Of a stretch of 64,000 nt of DNA, positions 38,371 through 48,015 are shown piece by piece. The stretch is from Candidatus Poribacteria bacterium (lineage in GTDB: Bacteria; Poribacteria; WGA-4E; WGA-3G), in assembly GCA_965218285.1 (NCBI GenBank), contig OZ244616.1, forward strand, positions 1,472,133 through 1,536,132, given 5' to 3'. The notes beneath the pieces are model-generated. The model did no database searches and had not been told where the DNA came from. It saw only the letters and a list, made by a program, of their open reading frames with translations. The position numbers and the translations under genes were made by a program. Positions within the stretch are counted from its first letter, which is position 1. Each line of letters starts with the position of its first letter.

Positions 38371-40464
38371 ATGAAGCAAAAAATAATCTCACAAGCACAA
38401 GAACAATCTTCAAAAAATCGCTCTTTTACCCGACGTGATTTCCTTTCAACGAGTTTGAAAGCCGGTGCTGCTGCTGCTTTCACTACAAGTCTTTTACCGA
38501 CATTTAACGCTTCCGCTGATGAACGATATAATGTTCTATTTATCATGGTTGATGATTTACGTCCTCTGCTCGGTTGCTATGGTCATCCAGAAATGCATAC
38601 ACCTAACATTGATAGACTTGCCCAAAGGGGAACGCTCTTCAATCGTGCCTATTGTCAATATCCTCTCTGCAGCCCTTCCCGCACTTCAATGTTAACAGGT
38701 CTCAGACCAGATACAACCCGCGTTACAAATAATAGAGCCTTTTTTCGTCAGACTGCACCTAATACCGTTACGCTACCACAACATTTCAAAACTTACGGCT
38801 ACCATACACAATCGGTTGGTAGAGTATTCCATCTCCCAGAATTTCAGGACGATGCAAACTCTTGGAGTGTTCCATCATGGAGACCGAGGTGGAGACCCTT
38901 TGATCACGAGACGACTCCATCTTGGCAAGCACTTGAGGCAGAAGATGATGATCTTAGAGATGGCGAAACGGCAAAACGAACAGTTGAAGTGTTGGATAAG
39001 ATCAAAAACAAACAATTCTTTTTGACTATTGGATTTTATAAACCTCATTTACCCTACAACGCTCCAAAAAAGTATTTCGATTTATATGACATCGAAACCT
39101 TCAGTATACCTGACATTTTAGATGAATCCACAGCAGAGATAATACCACCCCATTGGAATGAAGTTAGACCTTTTGAAGATGTTCCATCAGGGGCAACACC
39201 GTTGACGTATGAAAAAATGTTGGAACTTATCCGCGCTTATGCTGCTGCAACAAGTTACACAGATGCGCAAATAGGACGGGTATTGGATCAACTTGATGCA
39301 CTTGGACTCACAGAAAATACAGTTATTGCTTTTTGTGGTGACCATGGATACCACCTTTCCGAAAACGGAACATGGGGCAAAAATATCATTTATGATGCGA
39401 CGTTACATTCACCTTTGATTGTCAGCATGCCCGGGCAAGGTACAATTGGCACTACAACAGATGCCCTTGTTGAGCTTGTTGATATTTTTCCTACATTTTG
39501 CGACGCATGTCAAATTCCAATTTTGGATGAATTGGAAGGATTTAGTATGGTTCCGGTCATTGAAGAACCTACACTCACGTGGAAAACAGCTGCTTTCAGT
39601 CAGTTCAAACAATCACGCTCCATCAGAACTGATCAATATAGATACACTGAAACTGGTAGACTTAAAGAACTTTATGATTACGGTACTAACACGAATTCTG
39701 AACAGAACATCGCTAATTTTCCTGAAAATGCAGATCTGGTTGCAAACCTCAGCGAACGCCTCCATGCTGGCTGGCAAGCAGCATTACCTGAAATCCCACC
39801 CCGTGTCCCTCATGCTCAAACGCTAACGTGGGACGTAAACAGTGATGGTGTTGTTGATATTCAAGATCTTCTTTTGGTTTCAAACAGTTTTGGGGCAGAT
39901 GTACTTGAAAATCCGAAAATAGATGTAAATAAAGATGGAACCGTTGATATTATCGATTTGCTTTTAGTCGCATCACATATAGGTGAACCCCGCAATGCAG
40001 CACCGAGTTTAAGTACACTCCCGCTTCAGTATGTTGACGACATTGAAGAATGGATTTCTGAAGCCCGTTTAGTTGATGATGGTTCTACCATTTTTCGCAA
40101 GGGAATTGCAAACTTAGAAACCTTGATAAATTCAGTTATACCAAAACAGAGCGTGCTTCTCCCCAACTTTCCAAACCCCTTTAATCCAGAGACATGGATA
40201 CCTTACGATTTGGCTGAAGATGCTGATGTCAATATCCACATCTACAATCTAAAAGGTGAATCTGTGAAACAACTTAGCATTGGCTTTCAAGCTGCTGGTA
40301 GTTATAGGACACAATCACGTGCAGCATTTTGGGATGGACGCAATTCTACTGGCGAACCTGTCGCCAGTGGAACCTATTTTTACGCATTGACAGCACGATA
40401 TAGAGATAACACCTTATCTCAAAACCCTCTTATAGCAACACGCCGAATGGTAATTGTAAAATAG
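38371..40464 (+). CDS. Formylglycine-dependent sulfatase with Tat signal, dockerin-like repeats and a T9SS-like CTD.
   Basis: RRDFLSTSLKAGAAAAF. CQYPLCSPSRTSMLTG. DVNSDGVVDIQDLLLV and DVNKDGTVDIIDLLLV. LLPNFPNPFNPETWIPY. The first about 200 nt are near-identical to the paralog at 19011, which suggests recent duplication or gene conversion. Confidence 0.85.
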   Translation: MKQKIISQAQEQSSKNRSFTRRDFLSTSLKAGAAAAFTTSLLPTFNASADERYNVLFIMVDDLRPLLGCYGHPEMHTPNIDRLAQRGTLFNRAYCQYPLCSPSRTSMLTGLRPDTTRVTNNRAFFRQTAPNTVTLPQHFKTYGYHTQSVGRVFHLPEFQDDANSWSVPSWRPRWRPFDHETTPSWQALEAEDDDLRDGETAKRTVEVLDKIKNKQFFLTIGFYKPHLPYNAPKKYFDLYDIETFSIPDILDESTAEIIPPHWNEVRPFEDVPSGATPLTYEKMLELIRAYAAATSYTDAQIGRVLDQLDALGLTENTVIAFCGDHGYHLSENGTWGKNIIYDATLHSPLIVSMPGQGTIGTTTDALVELVDIFPTFCDACQIPILDELEGFSMVPVIEEPTLTWKTAAFSQFKQSRSIRTDQYRYTETGRLKELYDYGTNTNSEQNIANFPENADLVANLSERLHAGWQAALPEIPPRVPHAQTLTWDVNSDGVVDIQDLLLVSNSFGADVLENPKIDVNKDGTVDIIDLLLVASHIGEPRNAAPSLSTLPLQYVDDIEEWISEARLVDDGSTIFRKGIANLETLINSVIPKQSVLLPNFPNPFNPETWIPYDLAEDADVNIHIYNLKGESVKQLSIGFQAAGSYRTQSRAAFWDGRNSTGEPVASGTYFYALTARYRDNTLSQNPLIATRRMVIVK

Positions 40465-40530
40465 AGTTAAATTAATCATTGAAGATAGCTTGTTAGCAGA
40501 ATTCAAAGTCTGTGAAGGGATAAGAATTTA

Positions 40531-42549
40531 GTGAAAAAAACAATAGAAAACCAGGTTATTCCACGTTCCTATACTCGGCGTGACTTTCTTTCAACGAGCC
40601 TCAAGGTTGGTGCGACTGCCTTTACAACAAGTTTGTTACCACGTCTAAATGCAAAAGCTGAAGGAAAGCATAATGTATTGTTCATGATTGTGGATGATTT
40701 GCGTCCTATGCTTGGTTGCTACGGCATTCCTGATATGCACACCTCAAACATTGACAGTTTAGCTGCACGTGGAACACTCTTCAATCGTGCCTATTGCCAA
40801 TACCCACTTTGTAATCCTTCTCGGGCTTCTATCCTAACAGGGTTGCGTCCGGAGACAACAGGAGTACACGACAATTCCGCAGATTATAAAATCACAGTGC
40901 CAGACGCGGTGGATGTGTACCAACATTTTATGGAACAAGGTTATAAAACATATACTGTAGGAAAAGTGGGGCACTATCCTGCCCCTTTTACTCATGGTCC
41001 ATCTTGGAATGCCCTTGATGTTTCAGACGACGAACTAAGTGATGGTAAAACTGCAAAACAGACAGAGGAACTTTTAGAAAATATTAAAGACCAACAATTT
41101 TTCTTAGCTGTTGGCTTCGACAAACCACATTTACCCTTACATGCCCCTCAAAAATATTTCGAATTATACAATCCAAATCCCTTTATATTACCCCCTACTT
41201 CAAGTTATCCACTTAATTCACCACCTGATGCCCACAACAAGATAGATTTATTTAGACTTTATCGGGATATTCCATCTGGTGACGAGCCTATTTCTGTTGA
41301 GAAAACATTAGAATTGATTCGCGCTTATGCGGCTTCAACAAGTTATATGGATGCACAAGTTGGTCGTGTCCTGCGTCAATTGGACACACTTGGGTTGACT
41401 AATAACACAGTTATTGTTTTCTGTGGTGATCACGGTTTTCATCTTGGTGAGCATGGGACATGGCGGAAAAATACACTTTTTGAGATTGGTGTTCGTTCAC
41501 CTTTACTTATCAGTGTTCCAGGACAACAGCCGTGCCAGACAAATTCCTTGGTAGAATTGGTAGACATCTATCCTACTTTGTGCGACGCATGTGAACTTCC
41601 AATTCCTTCACAGTTAGAAGGTTTAAGCTTAATGCCTTTAGTAGAAGAACCGACCCTCCCTTTGAAAAGTGCTGCTTTCAGTTATCTAACCCGAGCAGGA
41701 TCTAAATCCACTTCAATGCGTACCGAAAGATACCGATACACAGAATGGGGAAGGATAGGTAAATTCGGCAGTGAACTTTACGATTATCTTGATGATCCGA
41801 ATGAGACCGTTAATGTAGTCGATCTTCCAGAAAATGCAGAACTTGTTGAAGATCTAAGTAATCGGCTGCGTGCCGGTTGGAAAGAAGCAATGTCTAATGT
41901 TCAGGGACATATCCCAATTCCACATGCACTTCCTTGGGATATAAATAATGATGGGATTGTGGACATGCAAGACCTAATCCTCGTCTCAAACAGTTTTGAT
42001 GAAGAAACACTTGAATATCCGAAAGCAGATGTGAATAATGATGGAAATATTGATATTATTGATTTGCTCATAATAGCTGCACATCTTGGAGAATCCTGCA
42101 CCGCCTCAGCTCCGTCAACACCTTTATCTGTTTCCCCAAACCATCTTGACAGTATCGCAGAATGGCTCACTGAAGCCTACCAAGCAGATGATGGGTCCGA
42201 TGTCTATCGCCACGGGATTGTCAACTTAGAAGCTCTCTTTAATAACGTAGTCCCACAAAAAACTACTCTTCTACCGAACTTCCCAAATCCATTTAATCCG
42301 GAAACGTGGATACCTTACGACTTGGCACAGGATGCGAATGTGGACATCAAAATATATAATCTCAAGGGAGAAACTATCAGAGAACTCAAAATAGGATTCC
42401 AAAACGCGGGCACTTATCGCACCAAGGAACTGGCAGCATATTGGGATGGACGTAATTCAGCTGGTGAACCTGTCACAAGTGGGGTCTATTTTTATACCCT
42501 CTTTGCTGATCAGGTAAAAGCAACACGCCGAATGGTAATCCGCAAATAA
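40531..42549 (+). CDS. Formylglycine-dependent sulfatase with Tat signal, dockerin-like repeats and a T9SS-like CTD.
   Basis: RRDFLSTSLKVGATAF. CQYPLCNPSRASILTG. DINNDGIVDMQDLILV and DVNNDGNIDIIDLLII. LLPNFPNPFNPETWIPY. Confidence 0.85.
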   Translation: MKKTIENQVIPRSYTRRDFLSTSLKVGATAFTTSLLPRLNAKAEGKHNVLFMIVDDLRPMLGCYGIPDMHTSNIDSLAARGTLFNRAYCQYPLCNPSRASILTGLRPETTGVHDNSADYKITVPDAVDVYQHFMEQGYKTYTVGKVGHYPAPFTHGPSWNALDVSDDELSDGKTAKQTEELLENIKDQQFFLAVGFDKPHLPLHAPQKYFELYNPNPFILPPTSSYPLNSPPDAHNKIDLFRLYRDIPSGDEPISVEKTLELIRAYAASTSYMDAQVGRVLRQLDTLGLTNNTVIVFCGDHGFHLGEHGTWRKNTLFEIGVRSPLLISVPGQQPCQTNSLVELVDIYPTLCDACELPIPSQLEGLSLMPLVEEPTLPLKSAAFSYLTRAGSKSTSMRTERYRYTEWGRIGKFGSELYDYLDDPNETVNVVDLPENAELVEDLSNRLRAGWKEAMSNVQGHIPIPHALPWDINNDGIVDMQDLILVSNSFDEETLEYPKADVNNDGNIDIIDLLIIAAHLGESCTASAPSTPLSVSPNHLDSIAEWLTEAYQADDGSDVYRHGIVNLEALFNNVVPQKTTLLPNFPNPFNPETWIPYDLAQDANVDIKIYNLKGETIRELKIGFQNAGTYRTKELAAYWDGRNSAGEPVTSGVYFYTLFADQVKATRRMVIRK

Positions 42550-42588
42550 ATTAGTCATTTTACATTTATTTCAGGAGAAACTCAACAA

Positions 42589-44217
42589 ATGTCTCTACGC
42601 ATCGTACTTATATTATGCACAATTATTCATTTTTGCTATTTACCTTTTGGCGAAGCCGCATCTCTAATCAACGTCCCACTTAACCCTGATATATCCGACT
42701 TTAATACTGAAACCTACCGCTTTATTCATCGTTTACTTAATAAACGTGTGTTATCCGGTGTAGCGCGCGGTTCGCTGCCGTTTACGCGAAAACAGGTCGC
42801 CTCTTTCCTCATGGATGTCTCTCAAAAACAGGAAAAGGGTGAAATTGAATTGAGCGTCAATGACCAGAAAAGGTTAAATGCATTGTTAGCCTTTTATGCA
42901 GAGGCTGGAACACAAACCGCTCCCAATCGCCGCTTACATTTGATGACACTCACAGACGACTCTACCTATCGCTTCTCCTTCGATTTACGGGCTGCGCAGC
43001 AAGAAATCACACGGTTAGTTGATAACGTGTCCGATATGCCTGCTGATGAAGGGAATATGCACATTACAACACTGTATCCGCATTTATACGGACAGTTTGA
43101 GGAGAGTTTTGCATTCACAACAGATATGGCATACAGATTCTTGTATGGAGACATTTTTGATGATGTTTTCCGTGATGAATCAAAATATAGACAATTAGAG
43201 GGTGAACTCAAAAACAGAACTACTGTCAATAGTTATCTCAAATTCAAAATGCCTTGGTTTGAAATGCAGTTTGGGCAAGACAATCTGCAGTGGGGACCTG
43301 GTTATCACGGTAATCTAATGGTTTCACCAAACCCTACTGCTATTGACATGCTGAAGTTTCAAACGATATTCAAAACCGTATCTTTCACAGCATTCACAGG
43401 TGTTTTAGAAGACAGATCGGAAGACATTAATGAGAAATATATTTCTGGACACAGAATAGAAGGTTATTTCTGGGATAGGTTCGGTTTCGGGATGTCTGAG
43501 GTTGTTGTCTACGGTAACCGTTTTGAACCTGGATATTTGAATCCTGTTAACATCTACCTCATAAACGAGCAAACTATATCGCGGGCTGATAGTCGTGCCC
43601 CAGGTAGTGGAGACAATGTGCTTGCAAGTGTTGATCTGCGCCTCCGTCCCATAGACAATTTTGAGATATATGGTGAGGTGTTGGTTGACGATGGAAATCC
43701 TGCAGCGAGTTTTTATCATTGGGATACGAAGTTCGGTATCCTCGGTGGAATTTATCTTACGGATCCGTTTGGATTACCAGATACTGATTTCCACGTCGAA
43801 TATACTTTTATCAACCAATACACATATACACACGTCAATCCAGTAAACGTTTATAAACATTTTACCTCTGTTATAGGGCACCATATTGGTTCAGATGCGG
43901 ATAATCTATGGATTGAGTTACGCAGACGTTTTACGGATAAACTTGAAACCGTTTTTGGTTATGAATTGGAACGCCACGGTGAAGGGGATATAGATAAAAA
44001 CCATCCCGAAGACGCACCAAAAGATGACGTGTGGACACCACTATCTGGAATCACGGAAAGTGAGCATCGTTTGAGAATCGGGTTTAACTGGGTTGAAATT
44101 GGACATTATTCAATATACGGTGAATGGGCTCGGGTTTGGCGAAGAAACTTAGGAAATCGTCAGGACGTTCATGAAACCGGGAATGAAATTCAAGCAAAGG
44201 CACTTTATCGATTCTAA
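42589..44217 (+). CDS. Outer-membrane capsule-assembly Wzi-like protein.
   Basis: Signal peptide. The N-terminal helical motif ETYRFIHRLLNKRVLSG...FTRKQVASFLMDV is read as the Wzi signature Y..L.RL......TR.E.A. A Tyr/Gly/Phe-rich beta-barrel body follows, ending in a C-terminal aromatic residue (...YRF). It is adjacent to the initiating sugar transferase. Confidence 0.45.
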   Translation: MSLRIVLILCTIIHFCYLPFGEAASLINVPLNPDISDFNTETYRFIHRLLNKRVLSGVARGSLPFTRKQVASFLMDVSQKQEKGEIELSVNDQKRLNALLAFYAEAGTQTAPNRRLHLMTLTDDSTYRFSFDLRAAQQEITRLVDNVSDMPADEGNMHITTLYPHLYGQFEESFAFTTDMAYRFLYGDIFDDVFRDESKYRQLEGELKNRTTVNSYLKFKMPWFEMQFGQDNLQWGPGYHGNLMVSPNPTAIDMLKFQTIFKTVSFTAFTGVLEDRSEDINEKYISGHRIEGYFWDRFGFGMSEVVVYGNRFEPGYLNPVNIYLINEQTISRADSRAPGSGDNVLASVDLRLRPIDNFEIYGEVLVDDGNPAASFYHWDTKFGILGGIYLTDPFGLPDTDFHVEYTFINQYTYTHVNPVNVYKHFTSVIGHHIGSDADNLWIELRRRFTDKLETVFGYELERHGEGDIDKNHPEDAPKDDVWTPLSGITESEHRLRIGFNWVEIGHYSIYGEWARVWRRNLGNRQDVHETGNEIQAKALYRF

Positions 44218-44400
44218 ACTGTTAATCTTGACATTGGAATAACGTTTAAATGAAGATTCATATAGGTCAGAGCATCAAAGAAATTAGCATTTATCATATA
44301 AAATGATTACAATATATAGTGTGGATAAAGGTTTCATCTCCAAATAACGTAAGAAATAGTATTGTCGGAGCAGATACGCCACCATACGGAAGGATTTAAC

Positions 44401-45522
44401 ATGAGGATTCGGGTATTAGGCATTCGAGGACTTCCCGCAACCTATAGCGGTTCCGAGACAGTAATGAGTGAACTTGCCCCACGCTGGGTTGAAGCAGGAC
44501 ATGAAGTTATCATCTACTGCCGAAGCGGTTTTTTCAAGGAAAAACCAGCGGAATGGAAGGGCATAAAGTTAGTCTATTTACCTAGCATTGAACATAAAGT
44601 GTTTAGTACCCTGAGCCACAGTTTTCTCGCTTCTTTGCATGCTTCTTTTTCTCCATCTGATGTGATTTTCGTATGGAATGCTGGCAACGGTCCTTTTGGG
44701 TGGTTTTTTCGTATGACAGGTAAAAAAGCTGTTATCAATGTTGACGGCATGGAATGGCTTCGTCCAAAATGGAAAGGGATTGGTGCAGTCTATTTCAAAT
44801 GGGCAGCAAAAATGGCTACTTCCGCCTTTCCGCTTGTTATAACTGATGCTGAAGAAATGAAACGATTGTATCTTGAGGATTTAGGTGCTGAAACAACATA
44901 TATCGCTTATGGTGCTAACATTGAACCTTCTGAACATCCTGAAGTTATTGAGAATTATGGACTTGAATCGAGAGGGTACTATCTGATTGCCAGTCGTCTT
45001 GTCCCTGATAACAACGCTGACCTGATTTTGGAAGCATTTGTGAACTCAAACAGTAAGAAAAAACTCGCAATAGCAGGTGGGGCAGACTATAAAGGCAACA
45101 AACTTGAAAATGAATTTTTAGATAAATTGAAAAGCATCGCTAATGAAAACGTCATGTTTCTCGGACATATTGACAGTTCCGAACATGTAAAAGAACTTCA
45201 CCATCACTGTTTCGCATACATCCACGGGCATCAATTCGGCGGTATTAATCCTTCCATATTAAAAGCGTTAGGATTTTCTAACTGCATTCTTGCGCTAAAT
45301 ACACCGTTTAACCATGAAGTATTAGAAGGCGGCAATTACGGTGTACTCTTCGACAAAAACCCAGAAGCACTCAAAGCTGAGATTGAGGCATTAGAACAGG
45401 ACCCGGAGAGGGTTGAGAACTTTCGACGACGTGCCACAGAACAGATCCGAAAACGATTCAATTGGGATCACATTGCGGAACAATATATTGAAGTGTTTCA
45501 AAATCTACAAAAGAAAAAGTGA
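44401..45522 (+). CDS. GT4-family glycosyltransferase.
   Basis: GT-B fold. C-terminal E-x7-E-like motif region FAYIHGHQFGGINPSILKALGFSNCILALN. GGAAGGA RBS lies 8 nt upstream of the chosen ATG. Confidence 0.7.
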   Translation: MRIRVLGIRGLPATYSGSETVMSELAPRWVEAGHEVIIYCRSGFFKEKPAEWKGIKLVYLPSIEHKVFSTLSHSFLASLHASFSPSDVIFVWNAGNGPFGWFFRMTGKKAVINVDGMEWLRPKWKGIGAVYFKWAAKMATSAFPLVITDAEEMKRLYLEDLGAETTYIAYGANIEPSEHPEVIENYGLESRGYYLIASRLVPDNNADLILEAFVNSNSKKKLAIAGGADYKGNKLENEFLDKLKSIANENVMFLGHIDSSEHVKELHHHCFAYIHGHQFGGINPSILKALGFSNCILALNTPFNHEVLEGGNYGVLFDKNPEALKAEIEALEQDPERVENFRRRATEQIRKRFNWDHIAEQYIEVFQNLQKKK

Positions 45523-45604
45523 AATCAACGCATCTCATGTAGGATGAAGGACAAAGTCACATTTGCCAACTAAATTGTACGTCTCCAAAACAGACTTCTC
45601 ATAT

Positions 45605-46216
45605 ATGAATGACACAGGAACTCGAACTTCAGTTGAAAGACTTTCCTCCTTTTACGCAAAGCGAGGCAAATATCTATTCGATTTTGTAGCCTCATTTTTC
45701 CTGATTCTGATATTTTCCCCTTTGATGATTTTGATCGCGATACTGATAAAACTGTCTTCGCGTGGACCAGTCTTTTTCTCACATAAGAGAGTAGGATTAA
45801 ATAGTAAACTCTTTGTCATCCTCAAGTTCAGAAGTCTTCATATTGATACACCCTCCTATTCTGAAAAACCCGATTCTACAGAAGATGTCCGCATTACATC
45901 CATAGGGAAATGGATTCGCAAGACAAGTTTAGACGAATTGCCTCAACTTTTTAACGTGATTAAAGGCGAAATGAGTCTCGTCGGTCCACGTCCCGAAATG
46001 CCGTTCCTTGCTGAGAATTACGAGCCTTGGGAAAATCAACGCCATCTTGTACGTCCAGGAATGACTGGATTGTGGCAGTTGAGCCCGCGGCGCCGTGGTT
46101 CAATCCGTGAGGGAATACCTGTTGATTTGGAATACATTGAAAATTTGTCCCTATGGAACGATTTCAAGATACTGCTACGAACTTTCAAAGTTTTTTGGGA
46201 TGACAATACTTACTAA
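45605..46216 (+). CDS. Initiating polyprenyl-phosphate sugar phosphotransferase (bacterial sugar transferase, WbaP/WcaJ C-terminal type).
   Basis: Signature DELPQLFNVIKGEMSLVGPRPE plus a single TM. The ORF-track start is 45563. Confidence 0.8.
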   Translation: MNDTGTRTSVERLSSFYAKRGKYLFDFVASFFLILIFSPLMILIAILIKLSSRGPVFFSHKRVGLNSKLFVILKFRSLHIDTPSYSEKPDSTEDVRITSIGKWIRKTSLDELPQLFNVIKGEMSLVGPRPEMPFLAENYEPWENQRHLVRPGMTGLWQLSPRRRGSIREGIPVDLEYIENLSLWNDFKILLRTFKVFWDDNTY

Positions 46217-46291
46217 TCATCAACGAACATAGGTTCTGGCAGGAGGGTTTCAACCCCGATTTCCAACCAACACAGCAAAAGGTATAATGAA

Positions 46292-46645
46292 ATGCGTGAT
46301 AAACTCAGAAGAATCTTCAGGTGCGGTTTTGGACTTAAGTGTCCTCAATGTGGAGAAGGTAAACTCTTTCAAAAATGGTTCACTATGTTTTCGCATTGCA
46401 CCGTGTGTGAGTTGGAATTTGAACGCGAGCAGGGATATTTTATAGGGGCAATGTATATCAACTATGGTGCAACAGTATTCCTCGTCTTTCCGGGCTGTTT
46501 TGCCTTTGAACTTTTTACCGCTGTCCCTTTCCTTGTCAATTTTTGCATTTGGGGAACTGTTTCCGCAGTATTCCCAGTCTTTTTCTACCGCTATTCAAAA
46601 AGTTTGTGGCTAAACATAGACTACACACTGAACTCAAACTGTTAG
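46292..46645 (+). CDS. Small membrane protein with an N-terminal zinc ribbon (DUF983-like).
   Basis: CPQCGEG...CTVCELEF followed by two TM helices. Confidence 0.45.
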   Translation: MRDKLRRIFRCGFGLKCPQCGEGKLFQKWFTMFSHCTVCELEFEREQGYFIGAMYINYGATVFLVFPGCFAFELFTAVPFLVNFCIWGTVSAVFPVFFYRYSKSLWLNIDYTLNSNC

Positions 46646-46678
46646 CATCATCCGATCATACCGTATTCTTGAATTCAC

Positions 46679-47870
46679 CTATCTGGTGGAAATTTGCCCA
46701 CGCATATAAGAACCTTCATCGGAAGCCAGAAACGTCAGCACTCTCGCAACACCAGCGGGATCACCCAAGGATTTCACCGCATTGGCAACGGCTTCATCCG
46801 GGTCTTTTCCATCAAGTTTTGCAGACTGCGCAATTTGTCCGAGTTTAAGCGGTGTAGCGAGTCCACCAGGGCATATCGTGTGTATGCGGATGTTAAGTGA
46901 AGCGACTTGGTTTTCTACTGTCATCACAAGACCGTTAACACCGCCTTTGCTTGAAGCGTAAGCGATTGATGAACTTCCACCGCGAATCCCCGCCCCTGAA
47001 GCAATGCAGAGGATAACACCCCCGCCACTATTTCCCATTATAGGCACAGCATGTTTGAGCGCAAAAAAAGTGCCTTTAAGGTTAACATCAATTACTGAAT
47101 CAAAAGTTGCCGCATCAAAATCTTCTATACGGACACTTGCTCCCTGCAAGATACCCGCACAAGTCACTAAAGTATCAATTCGACCATACGTATCTTCAGC
47201 AGCATGCATTAGATTGGAGACGTCGACTTCAGAAGTGACATCGGTGTAACAGAATTTAGCATCACCGCCATTTTTCGTTATTATTTTTAACGTCTCTTGT
47301 CCATCAAGTCCGTTTATCGAGTTTCGGTGTCAAAACCCAATGCTTTAGCTTTGGGATGTAGACACCGCCCTCTTGTATTAGACCAAAACTTTTTCTTGAC
47401 ATAAAACACGATTCTTGCTATAATCTCTTTTCGTAACTCCACGGGTTGTGAGCAGGCGTTCTGGGTGCTACATACCGAGTGAACTCACGTAAAGTTGCGA
47501 CACAAGCGGTAGAAGTCTTTGACACCAGATAGTTGCTGATGGAAGCTTAGAGTGTAATGGGAAAGAGTGGTAGGACACCATCCCGAAAACAGCACTCTCA
47601 AAAATGTTCATAAGACACCTTCGGGTGTGCAGGCGGGGCATCGTCTGTTGGAGTAGAGGGTGTTAGACTTGCTTAGCAAGCAACCCTTGTTGATACCACA
47701 ATCTACACAGCAGGTGGGACAAAAGAACCCCACTGCTTTAGCTGTGGGAGTATGTCAGATCTCCCATAACAACTTTAGCCCCTGCTTCAGCGTATGCAAG
47801 GGCAGTCGCAGCACCGATACCTGTTGCCGCACCAATTACCGCAACCTTATCTGAGAGTTGGATATTCACT
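46679..47870 (-). pseudogene. Short-chain dehydrogenase/reductase gene interrupted by a 447-bp element inserted after codon about 40.
   Basis: The N-terminal Rossmann segment VNIQLSDKVAVIGAATGIGAATALAYAEAGAKVVMGD is encoded at 47870-47760. The rest (GLDGQETLK...YASSKGG...) is encoded at 47312-46679. The catalytic YxxxK is read as YASSK. Precise removal of 47313-47759 restores one continuous in-frame ORF. Confidence 0.75.
47313..47759 (+). mobile_element. 447-bp IS200/IS605-like ORF-less element, copy B, inserted in the SDR gene in antisense orientation.
   Basis: Identical to 10836-11282 across the shared 447 bp as read. Carries the consensus promoter at 47396-47424. No target duplication, which is consistent with IS200/IS605-type insertion. 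Confidence 0.7.
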
Positions 47871-48015
47871 TAATTTTCTCCGTAGTGGGTAAGGATATAA
47901 AAGAGTATAGAATTAATCTTTTTACAAGGCAAGTGATTTTTGTGAGGGAGAAACAAATGTGCGTAGAGGATAACAAGGTTGGAAAGTGAAGGTAATTGGG
48001 TAAGTGTGAATTAAT

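Noticed and set aside
47313-47759. The 447-bp in-frame interruption of the SDR gene, read as a self-splicing group I intron or an intein-encoding insert.
   Set aside because: Its promoter and predicted RNA are antisense to the SDR gene. An identical copy sits in intergenic DNA at 10836-11282. The ends carry IS200/IS605-like hairpins rather than P1/omega-G features. The in-frame length translates into stops, so it is not an intein.
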